A DNA stretch of 64,000 nt from an uncultured Gammaproteobacteria bacterium (GCA_964445435.1 CAYUKU010000004.1:9795-73794); one strand, 5' to 3'; shown: positions 40,162 to 51,333, counted from the first letter of the stretch. Notes: generated by a model from the letters alone, not told the origin. Numbers and translations are program-made.

Positions 40162-41349
40162 ATGGCGGACCAAGCAAAATTCACACGCAACAAACCGCAT
40201 TTAAATATTGGCACGATTGGCCACGTCGACCACGGGAAGACCACTCTCACGTCGGCAATTACCCACGTGTTGGCGAAAGCTGGAATGGCCAAAGCCCTCA
40301 AATACGAAGAAATTGATAACGCCCCGGAAGAAAAAGCCCGCGGAGTCACGATTAACATTCATCATTCAGAATACGAAACCGAGAAAAGACACTACGCGCA
40401 CATCGACGCTCCTGGTCATGCTGACTATGTCAAGAACATGATCACCGGCGCAGCCCAGATGGATGGCGCGATTCTCGTCGTGTCCGCTCCGGACGGCCCC
40501 ATGCCGCAGACACGAGAGCACATTCTTTTGGCCAACCAGGTCAACGTGCCTGCAATCGTTGTGTTTATGAACAAATGCGACATGGTTCAGGACAAGGAGC
40601 TTCTCGATCTCGTCGAGATGGAAGTCAGGGAACTTCTTACAAAGTATAAATTCCCTGGTGACAAGATTCCGGTTATCCGAGGATCAGCCATCAAGGCACT
40701 TCAGGGAGATCCGGAAGCAGAAGCCAAGATCAAAGAGCTTATGGATACGGTTGATTCCTACATCCCTGAGCCGAAGCGCGAACTTGATAAGCCGTTTTCC
40801 ATGCCTGTTGAGGACGTATTCTCCATCAAGGGACGCGGCACCGTCGTGACGGGTCGTATTTCCCGCGGTAAAGTGAAGGTGAACGATGCGGTTGAGATCG
40901 TCGGAATCAGGCCGACCCAGTCAACCGTTGTTACCGGCGTCGAGATGTTCCGAAAACTTCTCGATGAGGGTCAGGCCGGCGACAACGTTGGGTTGCTCCT
41001 TCGGGGTATCGAGAAAGATCAAGTGGAGCGCGGACAGGTATTAGCGGCTCCAGGATCAGTGAAGCCGCATACCGAATTTGAGGCCGAAGTCTATATTTTG
41101 GCCAAAGAAGAAGGTGGACGACACACGCCGTTTTTCACGGGATACCGGCCGCAGTTTTATATCGGCACGACCGACGTGACAGGAGAAGTAACGCTTCCCC
41201 AGGGCGTTGAAATGGTTATGCCGGGAGACAGCACCAAGATGACGGCGAAACTTATCGTTCCTGTCGCCCTTGAAGAAGGATTGCGTTTCGCACTTCGCGA
41301 GGGTGGACATACGGTAGGAGCAGGAGTAGTGACGAAGATTATCGCGTAA
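40162..41349 (+). CDS. tuf: elongation factor Tu
   Basis: '[10 protein letters not shown]', 'DAPGHADY', 'NKCD'; 395 aa. Confidence 0.97.
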   Translation: MADQAKFTRNKPHLNIGTIGHVDHGKTTLTSAITHVLAKAGMAKALKYEEIDNAPEEKARGVTINIHHSEYETEKRHYAHIDAPGHADYVKNMITGAAQMDGAILVVSAPDGPMPQTREHILLANQVNVPAIVVFMNKCDMVQDKELLDLVEMEVRELLTKYKFPGDKIPVIRGSAIKALQGDPEAEAKIKELMDTVDSYIPEPKRELDKPFSMPVEDVFSIKGRGTVVTGRISRGKVKVNDAVEIVGIRPTQSTVVTGVEMFRKLLDEGQAGDNVGLLLRGIEKDQVERGQVLAAPGSVKPHTEFEAEVYILAKEEGGRHTPFFTGYRPQFYIGTTDVTGEVTLPQGVEMVMPGDSTKMTAKLIVPVALEEGLRFALREGGHTVGAGVVTKIIA

Positions 41350-41375
41350 ATGCGGTAATTTAGCACTTTAAGACG

Positions 41376-41684
41376 ATGGCAAAAGGAAGAATTCGAGTAC
41401 GGCTCAAAGCATACGACAGCAGAATCATCGACGATTGCTGTCAGAAGATTCTTGATACCGCAGTGCGAACGGGCGCTCGGGTCGTGGGGCCGGTACCTCT
41501 CCCGACTGATAAAGAGCATTACAATGTGGCGCGAAGCCCCTTTATCGATCGAAACAGCAGGGAAGATTTTATGATCAAAACGCACAAGCGTCTGATCGAT
41601 ATCATCGAACCCACAGATAAGACCATTGATCAACTCATGCACCTGGATCTACCCGCAGGGGTAGACGTGGAAATTAAGATGTAA
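41376..41684 (+). CDS. rpsJ: 30S ribosomal protein S10
   Basis: '[14 protein letters not shown]...' S10 family. Confidence 0.95.
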   Translation: MAKGRIRVRLKAYDSRIIDDCCQKILDTAVRTGARVVGPVPLPTDKEHYNVARSPFIDRNSREDFMIKTHKRLIDIIEPTDKTIDQLMHLDLPAGVDVEIKM

Positions 41685-41795
41685 ACACTCCCCGTGCCAT
41701 TTGCGCGGGGAAGGGATACTCTGGTATACTATATATCTTGATATGACGCATAAAACGTTCATGTCATAAGTACACCAAAAGTCTCGGATGAGCGT

Positions 41796-41826
41796 AATCG
41801 ACCTCAACCGGGGTCGATTTTTTTGG
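41796..41826 (+). terminator. intrinsic-terminator-like hairpin in the rpsJ-rplC spacer
   Basis: An 8-bp stem aatcgacc/ggtcgatt with an 8-nt loop, followed by a T7 tract. Confidence 0.5.
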
Positions 41827-41834
41827 TAAAAACT

Positions 41835-42458
41835 ATGATTGGCGCAATGCTCGGAACCAAAGGAACACAGACACAGACGTTTACCCCGCAAGGGAAGCGC
41901 ATTCCTGTCACGCAGGTGCAGGCAGGTCCGTGTTGGGTTACTCAGATTGTGGATAACGGTTCCTTTACGCGCATTCAGCTTGCATTTGGAACCAAGAAAC
42001 ACATCGCCAAAGCCCAAATTGGACAGATGAAAAAAGCGGGGTTAGACATACAGCCCCGTTTTTTACGGGAAATTCGACTCCAAACGCTTCCTGAGGGTGT
42101 AAAAGTTGGCCATGAATTGAAAGTGGCTGAGGTATTTGCGGTTGGTGATAAAGTGCAGGTTGTGGGTACAAGCAAAGGAAAAGGTTTTGCAGGCGCGGTG
42201 AAACGACACGGGTTTCGGGGTGGTCCCCGCACACACGGTCAATCCGATCGTGAACGTGCGCCGGGATCTATTGGTCAGACGACGACACCGGGTCGTGTCT
42301 ATCGCGGCAAGCGAATGGCGGGCCGTATGGGGAACGATCGGGTTACCGTCACCGGTCTTGAGATTGTCGGCGTCAACGCAGAACAAAACATATTGAGCAT
42401 AAAAGGATTAGTACCAGGAGCCAAAAACGGGCTCCTTCTTATTACGAAAACCAAGTAA
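41835..42458 (+). CDS. rplC: 50S ribosomal protein L3
   Basis: L3 motifs, e.g. 'KGKGFAGAVKRHGF'. The start is taken at ATG 41835; the ORF track used an upstream TTG. Confidence 0.93.
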   Translation: MIGAMLGTKGTQTQTFTPQGKRIPVTQVQAGPCWVTQIVDNGSFTRIQLAFGTKKHIAKAQIGQMKKAGLDIQPRFLREIRLQTLPEGVKVGHELKVAEVFAVGDKVQVVGTSKGKGFAGAVKRHGFRGGPRTHGQSDRERAPGSIGQTTTPGRVYRGKRMAGRMGNDRVTVTGLEIVGVNAEQNILSIKGLVPGAKNGLLLITKTK

Positions 42459-42462
42459 TCGT

Positions 42463-43188
42463 ATGCCAAAAACCGTAAAAACGACAAAGACAACCAAAAG
42501 GGCCGCCAAGCCGGCTGCTTCTGCGGCACCGAAAGCCGAGAATGCAGGTAGGCTTACGGCTTCGGTTTTGGGAATTGACGGGAAGGTGAAGGGGAAAATG
42601 ACCCTCCCTCAAGAGCTCTTCGGGCAGAAACCGAACAAAGAACTTATCGCCCAAGCCGTACGTGTACATTTGGCAAATCAGAGGGTAGGCGGCGCGTCCA
42701 CAAAGACGCGTGGTAAGGTGGAAGGATCCACGCGCAAAATTTATCGCCAAAAAGGTACAGGTCGTGCCCGTCATGGCAGTATCCGCGCTCCGATTTTCGT
42801 GGGGGGCGGTATCACATTTGGTCCAGTCCCTCATGATTTTTCTCTTGTGCTTCCGGTTGTCATGAAAAGGAAAGCACTTGCAAGCGCGCTTTCCTCTCAG
42901 TTTTCAGCGGGGAACATCGTGATCATCGACGATTTGACAAGCGTGAAGCCGAAAACTAAAAACATGGCACAGACGCTTTCGGGCATAGGCGTTTACTCGT
43001 CCTTGCTTCTTGTCCTTTCAAAAGATTCCGCAAATGTAGGCAGAAGCGCACGAAATATTAAGAATGTTGATGTAATGCCGTACGCAAACCTCAATACCTA
43101 TGATGTATTGACGCACCAAAAAGTAGTTTTCATGAAAAACGCAATTTCTGATATGAAAACAGTCTTTCTGAAGGAAAAACAGGCATGA
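42463..43188 (+). CDS. rplD: 50S ribosomal protein L4
   Basis: 'RQKGTGRARHGS' L4 signature, with an Ala/Lys-rich N-terminal extension. Confidence 0.93.
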   Translation: MPKTVKTTKTTKRAAKPAASAAPKAENAGRLTASVLGIDGKVKGKMTLPQELFGQKPNKELIAQAVRVHLANQRVGGASTKTRGKVEGSTRKIYRQKGTGRARHGSIRAPIFVGGGITFGPVPHDFSLVLPVVMKRKALASALSSQFSAGNIVIIDDLTSVKPKTKNMAQTLSGIGVYSSLLLVLSKDSANVGRSARNIKNVDVMPYANLNTYDVLTHQKVVFMKNAISDMKTVFLKEKQA

Positions 43189-43490
43189 TACACACGATTA
43201 AACGACCAGTTATTACGGAAAAGACGCTCACTTTGGCCACCCGGGGTTGGTACACGTTTGCTGTGGATATGGATGCATCCAAAGAGGCGATTGCGAAGGC
43301 GATTGCTTCTCTTTACAAGGTAACCGTGGAAGATGTGCGTACAGCTTCCATGCACGGTAAGATGCGCAGGGTAGGGCGCACGGGAAGAACCATGAAGAAA
43401 TCCGACTGGAAGAAAGCCATGGTTCGTTTAGCCAAAGGTCAGAAAATCGACGCATTTGAAGTCGCACCTGCCAGTGAGGAAAAGAAATAA
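43185..43490 (+). CDS. rplW: 50S ribosomal protein L23
   Basis: L23 family; 101 aa; operon position. Confidence 0.9.
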   Translation: MIHTIKRPVITEKTLTLATRGWYTFAVDMDASKEAIAKAIASLYKVTVEDVRTASMHGKMRRVGRTGRTMKKSDWKKAMVRLAKGQKIDAFEVAPASEEKK

Positions 43491-43492
43491 CT

Positions 43493-44245
43493 ATGAAAGA
43501 CCGTATCAAAAGTTTAACCGTTCTTTTGCCGAAGAATTCCGGTCGGGATGTGGTCGGACATGTGAGTGTCCGTCATCAGGGCGGAAGACATAAGCGGTTT
43601 TACCGTGTTATAGACTGGAAGCGTGATAAGGATGCGATTCCCGGTCGCGTCGTTGCTCTTGAGTATGACCCGAACCGGTCCGCAGAGGTAGCGCTCCTTC
43701 AATATGCAGATGGAGAAAAACGCTATATTTTGGCGCCTATTGGCCTGAATGTCGGGATGAAGGTGTCGTCGGGTCCGAATGCCGAAATCAAACCCGGCAA
43801 CGCGCTGCCCCTTGGAAATATGCCCATAGGGACACTGGTGCATAGTGTTGAGATTGTTCCCGGGCGTGGAGCCCAAATGATCAGAAGCGCCGGAGCCGCT
43901 GCGATGGTTTTGGCCCGTGACGGCGATCTGGTACAATTGAAACTTCCTTCCGGGGAAATTCGCGTGTTTTCAGCCTCCGCGCGGGCAACGGTTGGACAGG
44001 TCGGCAACGTAGAATGGCGAAATCGTGTTATCGGGAAAGCTGGCCGAGCCCGTCATATGGGACGTCGACCGACTGTTCGGGGCGTTGCGCAGAATCCGCG
44101 CAGCCATCCCCACGGCGGAGGAGAGGGAAGAAGCGGCATTGGTCTTAAGTCGCCCAAGAGCCCGTGGGGGAAGAGAACGTTAGGCAAGAAGACAAGAAAA
44201 CCGACTAAATATAGCGACCGATTTATTGTTTCCCGGAGGAAATAA
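43493..44245 (+). CDS. rplB: 50S ribosomal protein L2
   Basis: 'GRNxxGxITxRHxGGG'-like '[14 protein letters not shown]' and 'PHGGGEG'. Confidence 0.95.
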   Translation: MKDRIKSLTVLLPKNSGRDVVGHVSVRHQGGRHKRFYRVIDWKRDKDAIPGRVVALEYDPNRSAEVALLQYADGEKRYILAPIGLNVGMKVSSGPNAEIKPGNALPLGNMPIGTLVHSVEIVPGRGAQMIRSAGAAAMVLARDGDLVQLKLPSGEIRVFSASARATVGQVGNVEWRNRVIGKAGRARHMGRRPTVRGVAQNPRSHPHGGGEGRSGIGLKSPKSPWGKRTLGKKTRKPTKYSDRFIVSRRK

Positions 44246-44246
44246 T

Positions 44247-44531
44247 ATGGCACGATCAAGCAAAAAAGGCCCATTTATCGATAAGAAATTACTGGCAAAG
44301 ATTATGAAGCAGAAAGCCGGAGCAGACCGCGGTGCAGTTAAGACTTGGGCACGCGCGAGCCAAATTCCGCCGGAATTTGTGGGACACCGGATTGCTGTTC
44401 ACAATGGCCGGACACACGTGGAGATTTTCGTTAACGAATCTATGGTTGGACATCGCCTTGGAGAATTTGCGCCGACCCGACTTTTTAGAGGCCACGGACA
44501 GGTTACCAAGCGCACAATGGATAAGACATAA
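44247..44531 (+). CDS. rpsS: 30S ribosomal protein S19
   Basis: '[16 protein letters not shown]...'. ATG 44247 is preceded by the SD ggagga. Confidence 0.95.
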   Translation: MARSSKKGPFIDKKLLAKIMKQKAGADRGAVKTWARASQIPPEFVGHRIAVHNGRTHVEIFVNESMVGHRLGEFAPTRLFRGHGQVTKRTMDKT

Positions 44532-44533
44532 CT

Positions 44534-44878
44534 ATGGAATACCAGGCAACAGCAAAATATATTCGCACCAGTACCCGTAAACTTCGGCTTATGGCCGATA
44601 TGCTGCGGGGGATGAATGTTGTTGACGCGCTCGCCCAGCTTTCGTACAGTCCGAAGATGGCCTCAGAGCCTATGAAGAAAGCAATTTCATCGGCAGTCGC
44701 CAATGCCAAGCAAAAATCGGCGAAAGAAGAGACGTTGACAATAAAGGCAATAGAAGTTATGGGAGGACCTGCGATGAAGCGTTGGCACGCAGTTTCCCGC
44801 GGACAGGCACATCCGTTTAAGAAGCGCATGACACACGTACGCATTACGCTTGCCGATAGTGAGGAGAAAAAGGAGTAA
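44534..44878 (+). CDS. rplV: 50S ribosomal protein L22
   Basis: L22 family; operon position. Confidence 0.92.
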   Translation: MEYQATAKYIRTSTRKLRLMADMLRGMNVVDALAQLSYSPKMASEPMKKAISSAVANAKQKSAKEETLTIKAIEVMGGPAMKRWHAVSRGQAHPFKKRMTHVRITLADSEEKKE

Positions 44879-44880
44879 TC

Positions 44881-45558
44881 ATGGGACAAAAAATTAATCC
44901 AAAAGGTTTCAGAGTTGGTACGGTTTTTGCCTGGAATTCCCGATGGTTTGCACAGGGAAGACAATACAAGGAACTCGTCTATCAGGATGCGAAACTCCGC
45001 GAGGTATTATTTGCGAAACTGAAGACCGCAGGACTGGCCCAGGTTGTTATCGAACGATCAATTAATAAGATAAAAGTGACGCTGTTTGTGTCCCGTCCGG
45101 GTATCGTCATTGGTCGGGGTGGCTCAGGACTCGAAGAGCTCAAGAAATTCATCGAGAAGTACATACATACGGGAAGAAAAGACGCCTACAAGCCGGTTGT
45201 GAAAAAAGTGGTCGGAAGTGACATGCGCATGAAAGTTGAGCTTGCGGTCGAACCGGTGAAAGAGCCTAATTTGAACGCATATCTCGTTGCGACCAATATC
45301 GCGGATCAACTTGTCCGCCGTATGCCGCATAAGCGAATCTGTAATCAAACGGTAGAACGTGTCATGACGGCGGGAGCCAGAGGTGTTCGCGTCATTCTTT
45401 CCGGTCGCATCGGCGGTGCTGAGATCGCCCGGCGCGAGAAGTATCAGTCAGGTACGGTTCCGCTTTCGACGATTCGGGAAGAAGTGGATTTCGCCACAGC
45501 ACCAGCCCTTACGAAATCGGGATACGTTGGAGTGAAAGTCTGGATTTGCAGGAAGTAA
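44881..45558 (+). CDS. rpsC: 30S ribosomal protein S3
   Basis: '[13 protein letters not shown]' KH domain plus the S3 C-terminal domain. Confidence 0.95.
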   Translation: MGQKINPKGFRVGTVFAWNSRWFAQGRQYKELVYQDAKLREVLFAKLKTAGLAQVVIERSINKIKVTLFVSRPGIVIGRGGSGLEELKKFIEKYIHTGRKDAYKPVVKKVVGSDMRMKVELAVEPVKEPNLNAYLVATNIADQLVRRMPHKRICNQTVERVMTAGARGVRVILSGRIGGAEIARREKYQSGTVPLSTIREEVDFATAPALTKSGYVGVKVWICRK

Positions 45559-45562
45559 CACT

Positions 45563-45970
45563 ATGTTAGCACCGAAACGCGCAAAACATCGAAAACAATT
45601 TAGAGGGAAAAGGACCGGAAAATCAATTCGGGGGTCCGAGGTAAGTTTTGGCGAATACGGCCTCAAGGCACTTACTTCGGGTTGGGTGACCAGCCGCCAG
45701 ATTGAGGCAGCTCGCCGCACGCTGACACACTATACCAAGCGGGGTGGGCGTATCTGGATTCGGATTTTCCCGGATAAGCCGATTTCCAAGAAGCCGCCGG
45801 AAACCCGTATGGGAAGCGGCAAGGGTGATGTGTACGAATATGTGGCGGTTGTCCGTCCCGGGAGAGTATTGTTTGAGATGGGTGGTATTACGCTCGAAGA
45901 CGCCAAAGAATCGATGCGGCTGGCAAGTGCCAAGCTTCCCATCCGAACGAGATTTGTGACGAAAGCATAA
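45563..45970 (+). CDS. rplP: 50S ribosomal protein L16
   Basis: '[16 protein letters not shown]' L16. Confidence 0.95.
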   Translation: MLAPKRAKHRKQFRGKRTGKSIRGSEVSFGEYGLKALTSGWVTSRQIEAARRTLTHYTKRGGRIWIRIFPDKPISKKPPETRMGSGKGDVYEYVAVVRPGRVLFEMGGITLEDAKESMRLASAKLPIRTRFVTKA

Positions 45971-45972
45971 CT

Positions 45973-46173
45973 ATGAAACAGAAAGAAAAAACATCATTAC
46001 GAAGTGCCAAGCCCGCAGAGCTTGAGAAGACTATTGCCGAGACGCAATTCAAGCTTGCGCAGTGGAAGGTAAATCGATATAGTAAACAGTCTAAAAATGT
46101 CCGTGAAGGGCGGGATTTACGACGGACAATCGCAATAGCGAAAACCTTACTGCGGGCCGCCAAACAGTCATAA
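45973..46173 (+). CDS. rpmC: 50S ribosomal protein L29
   Basis: 66-aa helical protein in the L29 position. Confidence 0.85.
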   Translation: MKQKEKTSLRSAKPAELEKTIAETQFKLAQWKVNRYSKQSKNVREGRDLRRTIAIAKTLLRAAKQS

Positions 46174-46174
46174 T

Positions 46175-46417
46175 ATGAAAAACGTAAAAACCATGCAAGG
46201 GAAAGTCGTATCAGCCAAGACGCCGAAAACGGTTATCGTGGCGGTCGGGTCGCAGTCGCGCCATCCGCTCTATAAGAAGATGGTTCGCCGGACGAATAAG
46301 TTTGCGGCACACAATGAATCCCTGGAGCTTGCTGTCGGCGATACGGTCGTTATAGCTCAAACCAGACCGATGAGCCGGACGAAACACTTTGCGGTCGTAA
46401 AGAAGGTAAACATATGA
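46175..46417 (+). CDS. rpsQ: 30S ribosomal protein S17
   Basis: 'GKVVSAKTPKTVIVAV' S17. Confidence 0.92.
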   Translation: MKNVKTMQGKVVSAKTPKTVIVAVGSQSRHPLYKKMVRRTNKFAAHNESLELAVGDTVVIAQTRPMSRTKHFAVVKKVNI

Positions 46418-46788
46418 TTCAAAGACGTACATCATTAACAGTCGCGGACAATTCAGGAGTGCAAATGATGACCGTGACCCATATTTACGGTAATTCGAAA
46501 CAGAAGTTCGCTCATCTTGGCGACGTGGTCCAGTGCGTCGTGAAGAAAGCGGATCCGACCGGAATCGTGAAAGACGATGAGTTGGTGAAAGTCGTGGTCG
46601 TCCGTACGAGAAAAGAATTCAGAAGACCGGATGGGTCCTATATCCGGTTTGATGATAATGCAGGAGTTGTTATTGACAATCCGGATGACAAAAATCCGCG
46701 CGGTACCCGGGTATTCGGTCCGATTGCGCGTGAGGTAAAAGATAAAGGCTTTGACAAGATAGCGAGCATGGCAGCAGAGGTGTATTAA
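46414..46788 (+). CDS. rplN: 50S ribosomal protein L14
   Basis: 'MIQRRTSLTVADNSG' L14. Confidence 0.95.
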   Translation: MIQRRTSLTVADNSGVQMMTVTHIYGNSKQKFAHLGDVVQCVVKKADPTGIVKDDELVKVVVVRTRKEFRRPDGSYIRFDDNAGVVIDNPDDKNPRGTRVFGPIAREVKDKGFDKIASMAAEVY

Positions 46789-46790
46789 CT

Positions 46791-47096
46791 ATGAAAGTAA
46801 AAGTTGGCGATCAAATTATCGTGACGACAGGGAAAGACAAAGGCCGCAAAGGTAAGGTCGATGTCGTGTATCCCAAAACGAATACCGTGCTTGTATCAGG
46901 GGTGAATATGTATAAGCGTCATCAGAAGAAGCGTGACGAGAAACATCAGGGCGGAATTATCGAATACGCCCGCCCGCTTCCGATGGGGAAGGTGGCGCTC
47001 GTGTGTCCCAAGTGTGGCAAGCCCACACGCGCCGGCTATGTGGTAACCAAAGGTGAGAAGGAACGTATTTGCAGGAAGTGTGAACAAAGAATCTAA
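46791..47096 (+). CDS. rplX: 50S ribosomal protein L24
   Basis: KOW motif 'VKVGDQIIVTTGKDKGRKGKV'; unusual C-terminal CxxC...CxxC. Confidence 0.9.
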   Translation: MKVKVGDQIIVTTGKDKGRKGKVDVVYPKTNTVLVSGVNMYKRHQKKRDEKHQGGIIEYARPLPMGKVALVCPKCGKPTRAGYVVTKGEKERICRKCEQRI

Positions 47097-47098
47097 CT

Positions 47099-47641
47099 AT
47101 GCACCTATTTGCCGAAACATACAACAAATCGATCGTTCCCGAATTTATGACGAAACACGGGGTCGCCAATCGTATGGCGGTTCCGAAGCTCGTCCGTATC
47201 GTAGTCAATTGCGGGCTGGGCGAAGCACTCACGGATAAAAAGTCGATTGAGAAAATGGCCGAACAAATGGCAGTCATCACGGGTCAAAAACCCCAGGTGA
47301 CGCGTGCCAAGCGCGCGATCTCTACGTTCAAGCTTCGAGCCGGTGATCCCATCGGGCTGAAAGTAACACTTCGGGGGAAGCACATGTACGACTTTTTCCA
47401 GAAACTCATTGGCATCGCACTGCCTCGGGTCCGGGATTTTCGTGGCGTTCCCACGACCGGATTTGACGGAAGGGGCAATTACACGTTGGGACTGCGGGAA
47501 CATACGATTTTTCCGGAGTTGGAATACAGCATGGTTGATCGCGTGCGTGGTTTTGAGATCACATTTGTCACGACCGCGAAGAACGACGAGCAAGGCAGAA
47601 CGCTTTTAACATTATTCGGGATGCCGTTTGCGAAGGAGTAA
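47099..47641 (+). CDS. rplE: 50S ribosomal protein L5
   Basis: L5 family; operon position. Confidence 0.93.
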   Translation: MHLFAETYNKSIVPEFMTKHGVANRMAVPKLVRIVVNCGLGEALTDKKSIEKMAEQMAVITGQKPQVTRAKRAISTFKLRAGDPIGLKVTLRGKHMYDFFQKLIGIALPRVRDFRGVPTTGFDGRGNYTLGLREHTIFPELEYSMVDRVRGFEITFVTTAKNDEQGRTLLTLFGMPFAKE

Positions 47642-47642
47642 T

Positions 47643-47828
47643 ATGGCCAAAAAATCAGACATAGCGAAATTTACGCGAAAACAGAAATTTCATGTCAGAC
47701 ACAGGAACCGATGTTCACTGTGTGGACGATCCCGGGCATATATGCGTAAATTTGGAATTTGTCGTATGTGTTTCAGAACGCTTGCACATAAAGGAGAATT
47801 GCCGGGAGTAGTAAAAGCATCCTGGTAA
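47643..47828 (+). CDS. rpsZ: 30S ribosomal protein S14 type Z (zinc-binding)
   Basis: '[22 protein letters not shown]' (C4 zinc ribbon); 61 aa. ATG 47643 has the SD 'aaggagtaat' upstream. Confidence 0.93.
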   Translation: MAKKSDIAKFTRKQKFHVRHRNRCSLCGRSRAYMRKFGICRMCFRTLAHKGELPGVVKASW

Positions 47829-47840
47829 AGAAGGGACTAT

Positions 47841-48233
47841 ATGGTAAACGATCCAATCGGTGACTTATTGACGCAAATAAAAAACGCTCAGGCAGCGGGG
47901 AAGAGCACGATAGAAGTGCCATACTCGCGGGTGAAGCATGCTGTTGCTTCCATTCTTCATGAAGAAGGGTATGTGGGTGAAGTTGCCAAGACCGGCACTA
48001 TCCCGAAGTTCTTCCTTCGCATCGGCATGAAATACACGGACGGTACTCCGGTTATCACTGGTATGAAGCGAGTAAGCAAGCCTGGGCTTCGCTGGTACGT
48101 GAACAAAACGCAGATTCCGACAGTGTTAGGAGGTATCGGCATGGCGATTGTCTCGACACCTCAAGGAATTATGACCGGCCGGGACGCGAAGAAAAAAGGT
48201 ATTGGCGGCGAGCTACTTTGCACGATTTGGTAA
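47841..48233 (+). CDS. rpsH: 30S ribosomal protein S8
   Basis: 'MVNDPIGDLLTQIKNA' S8. Confidence 0.95.
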   Translation: MVNDPIGDLLTQIKNAQAAGKSTIEVPYSRVKHAVASILHEEGYVGEVAKTGTIPKFFLRIGMKYTDGTPVITGMKRVSKPGLRWYVNKTQIPTVLGGIGMAIVSTPQGIMTGRDAKKKGIGGELLCTIW

Positions 48234-48237
48234 AACT

Positions 48238-48795
48238 ATGTCACGAATAGGGAACGCACCAATTATTATTCCGAAAGACGTTACTGTTATGGTGGCGGCG
48301 CATGAAGTGAACGTGTCTGGAACTAAGGGTCAGCTGAAGGTCGGGATTCCGGACGGCATCACGGTTTCCCAGGAGGGAGATGTGCTTACGGTTTCACGGA
48401 AAAATAACGATAAGCCAAAACGCGCCCTTCACGGATATGTACGGGCAAATCTGTCCAACGCGGTAGATGGCGTTTCCAAAGGTTGGACGAAGACGCTTGA
48501 GTTGTCCGGTGTCGGATATCGGGCAAATCTCAGCGGCGCAAATCTTGTTCTGTCAGTGGGATTCTCACATCAGGTGACGATTATTCCCCCGAAAGGAATT
48601 GCATTTGCCGTAAATGAGGGAAAGATTGTTATCTCTGGGGTTGATAAGCAAGAAGTTGGCCAGACGGCAGCAAAAATTCGGGCAGTGAAAGAGCCAGAAC
48701 CTTACAAAGGCAAAGGGATAAAATACGAAGGTGAGCACATCCGAAAGAAAGCAGGGAAAGCGAAAGCGGTAGGAGGGGCTCCGGGAGCCAAATAA
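48238..48795 (+). CDS. rplF: 50S ribosomal protein L6
   Basis: 'MSRIGNAPIIIPKDV' L6. The start is taken at ATG 48238; the track ORF starts earlier at 48202. Confidence 0.93.
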   Translation: MSRIGNAPIIIPKDVTVMVAAHEVNVSGTKGQLKVGIPDGITVSQEGDVLTVSRKNNDKPKRALHGYVRANLSNAVDGVSKGWTKTLELSGVGYRANLSGANLVLSVGFSHQVTIIPPKGIAFAVNEGKIVISGVDKQEVGQTAAKIRAVKEPEPYKGKGIKYEGEHIRKKAGKAKAVGGAPGAK

Positions 48796-48800
48796 AACCT

Positions 48801-49130
48801 ATGAAAACGAAAAAAGAAATGAGAATGAAACGGAGGTTCAGAATTCGAGCAAAAGTGGCGGGAACAGCGGATCGTCCGCGGATGGCCGTATTCAAGTCGA
48901 ACGTAGCACTGTACGTTCAGCTTATCGATGACACCAAGGGTGTCACTATCCTCTCGGCGAAATCCGACGGCAAGTCGGTTGCGAAAGCCACGGAGCTGGG
49001 CGCACAAATCGCACAACTCGCCAAGAAAAAAGGGATTACTACGGTGGTGTTTGATCGCGGTGGATTTCGTTACCACGGTGTCATAAAAGCGCTTGCCGAT
49101 GCAAGTCGTGAAGGAGGCTTGACGATATGA
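48801..49130 (+). CDS. rplR: 50S ribosomal protein L18
   Basis: L18 family; operon position. Confidence 0.92.
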   Translation: MKTKKEMRMKRRFRIRAKVAGTADRPRMAVFKSNVALYVQLIDDTKGVTILSAKSDGKSVAKATELGAQIAQLAKKKGITTVVFDRGGFRYHGVIKALADASREGGLTI

Positions 49131-49594
49131 AGTTACAACCGAAAACCGATCGTGCCCCCAGTGAATTTGACGAGAAGATCGTTCAGGTTCACCGTGTTTC
49201 GAAAAAAACCAAGGGTGGCAACAAAATCGGATTCTCAGTTTTGGCGGTGGTGGGGGATAAGAAAGGTCGTGTCGGAGTGGGTCTTGGGGGCGCGCCAGAC
49301 GTGTCCTCGGCAGTACGAAAGGCAGTAGCATACGCCAAGAAGCACCTGCTGACGGTTCCCATGAGAGAGAAGACGATCCCGCATGAAGTCCGTGTGAAGT
49401 TAGGGGCAGCCCGCGTGATGCTCAAACCGGCCCCGCCCGGAACGGGAGTTATCGCAGGCGGCGCGGTGCGTGCGGTAGTCGAAGCGGCGGGTATCCGGGA
49501 TGTCGTCTCAAAGATCTTAGGAAGCAAGAACCAGGCATCCAACGTATACGCCACAATGGAGGCTTTACGAAATCTGAAAGCCAGGATCAAGTAA
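49127..49594 (+). CDS. rpsE: 30S ribosomal protein S5
   Basis: dsRBD 'VVQVHRVSKKTKGG' plus the S5 C-terminal domain. Confidence 0.95.
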   Translation: MKLQPKTDRAPSEFDEKIVQVHRVSKKTKGGNKIGFSVLAVVGDKKGRVGVGLGGAPDVSSAVRKAVAYAKKHLLTVPMREKTIPHEVRVKLGAARVMLKPAPPGTGVIAGGAVRAVVEAAGIRDVVSKILGSKNQASNVYATMEALRNLKARIK

Positions 49595-49603
49595 AGGAGT
49601 AGT

Positions 49604-50032
49604 ATGGAAATGTCCAAATTACCATCAATTGTGAAACGTTCAAAGAAACGCGTTGGGCGGGGTCACGGATCCGGGAAAGTGAAGACCTCCGGACGCGGTA
49701 CCAAAGGCCAGAAAGCCCGCGACAGCATGCCTCATGGCTTTGAAGGGGGTCAGTTGGCGCTTATCAGGCGTCTTCCACTTCTTCGCGGAAAAGGGAAGAA
49801 CAAGAGACTTACCGGGAAAGCGTTTCCCATCCAGGTGACAGCGCTCAACATTCTCCCTATGGGGACGAAAGTGACGTTGGAAACGTTAGTGAAATACTCT
49901 ATGATAGACGCATCTGTTTCCCGGGTAAAGATTTTGGGGAATGGTTCAGTGATACACAAACTTGATGTCCTAGTGCCCTGTTCTGCCGGCGCGCGAAAGG
50001 CTATCGAAAAAGCGGGCGGAACAGTCAGCTAA
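49604..50032 (+). CDS. rplO: 50S ribosomal protein L15
   Basis: '[25 protein letters not shown]' L15. It follows rpsE directly, with no rpmD (L30) in between. Confidence 0.93.
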   Translation: MEMSKLPSIVKRSKKRVGRGHGSGKVKTSGRGTKGQKARDSMPHGFEGGQLALIRRLPLLRGKGKNKRLTGKAFPIQVTALNILPMGTKVTLETLVKYSMIDASVSRVKILGNGSVIHKLDVLVPCSAGARKAIEKAGGTVS

Positions 50033-50043
50033 CCTTTCGTATC

Positions 50044-51333
50044 ATGAATAAACTCTTATCTCCGCTTATCGCAAGTTGGAGGTCGCCTGAACTTCGTCGG
50101 AAGATTATCGTCACGGGGTTCATATTTGTCGTATTCCGGTTGTTTGCCCATATTCCTATCCCCGGAGTTGATACTGCGAGACTTGCGGCATTATTCTCCC
50201 AAAATCAATTTTTAGGACTTCTTGATATATTCTCCGGAGGAACGTTGGTGAATTTTTCCATCCTCGCATTGGGGCTGAACCCATATATTAATGCGTCCAT
50301 TATTCTTCAACTATTGACGATTGTGTTTCCGAAGCTTGAAGAACTTCAAAAAGAAGGCGAATACGGTCGCGAGAAGATTAATCAGTATACCCGTTTTATC
50401 ACGGTTCCCTTGGCCGTCATGCAATCAATCGGTATGTTTGCGCTTCTTCGGAATCAGGGGATCATTGGGTCCGTTGAGCCCATATCGCTTATTGCTATCG
50501 TCATGACCATGAGCGCAGGGACGGTGTTTGCCATGTGGTTGGGAGAGTTGATCACGGAATATGGCATCGGCAATGGCATCTCCCTTCTTATTTTCGCCGG
50601 CATCGTCGGACGATTCCCGGTTGTGTTGGGGCAGACTGCCACGACAATTACCCCTGAATCCATGACGAATATTATCGTTTTTGTTATTTTGGCAATCGCG
50701 GTTGTCGCAGCGACCGTTTTCGTCAACGAGGCAGTTCGCAGAATCAGCGTTCATTATGCGCGCCGAGTTCGGGGAAACAAGATCTATGGAGGGGCTACAT
50801 CGTATTTACCTCTGCGGGTGAATCAGGCGGGGGTCATTCCGATTATCTTCGCCGTGTCTTTGGTGCTCCTGCCGTCGCTTGTGGGCGGATTCTTGGGACA
50901 GATGAAAAATCCGGCACTTACGAATCTCGGACGGTTGCTTACCGGTGTTTTCAACCCGAATGGTATCTCATATAACGTCATTTATTTTTTCTTAGTTATC
51001 GGATTTACGTATTTCTACACTGCTATCACCTTCAACCCGACGAAGATTTCCCAGGAAATACAGAAGTATGGCGGATTTATCCCCGGCATCCGGCCCGGAA
51101 CACCGACTGCACAGTATCTTAACTACATTCTGACCCGTATCACGCTTGCAGGTGCGTTATTTTTGGGAATTATCGCTATTTTGCCTTCGCTTGCGCGTCA
51201 GATTACCGGAGTGTCCACACTTCTTATTGGTGGAACGGGCGTTTTGATCGTTGTTTCCGTTGTCTTGGAAACGGTGAAGACCCTCGAAGCGCAGCTCGTC
51301 ATGCGCAATTACGAAGGATTTCTCAAAGATTGA
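50044..51333 (+). CDS. secY: preprotein translocase subunit SecY
   Basis: 10-TM protein with SecY motifs ('[18 protein letters not shown]'). Confidence 0.95.
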   Translation: MNKLLSPLIASWRSPELRRKIIVTGFIFVVFRLFAHIPIPGVDTARLAALFSQNQFLGLLDIFSGGTLVNFSILALGLNPYINASIILQLLTIVFPKLEELQKEGEYGREKINQYTRFITVPLAVMQSIGMFALLRNQGIIGSVEPISLIAIVMTMSAGTVFAMWLGELITEYGIGNGISLLIFAGIVGRFPVVLGQTATTITPESMTNIIVFVILAIAVVAATVFVNEAVRRISVHYARRVRGNKIYGGATSYLPLRVNQAGVIPIIFAVSLVLLPSLVGGFLGQMKNPALTNLGRLLTGVFNPNGISYNVIYFFLVIGFTYFYTAITFNPTKISQEIQKYGGFIPGIRPGTPTAQYLNYILTRITLAGALFLGIIAILPSLARQITGVSTLLIGGTGVLIVVSVVLETVKTLEAQLVMRNYEGFLKD

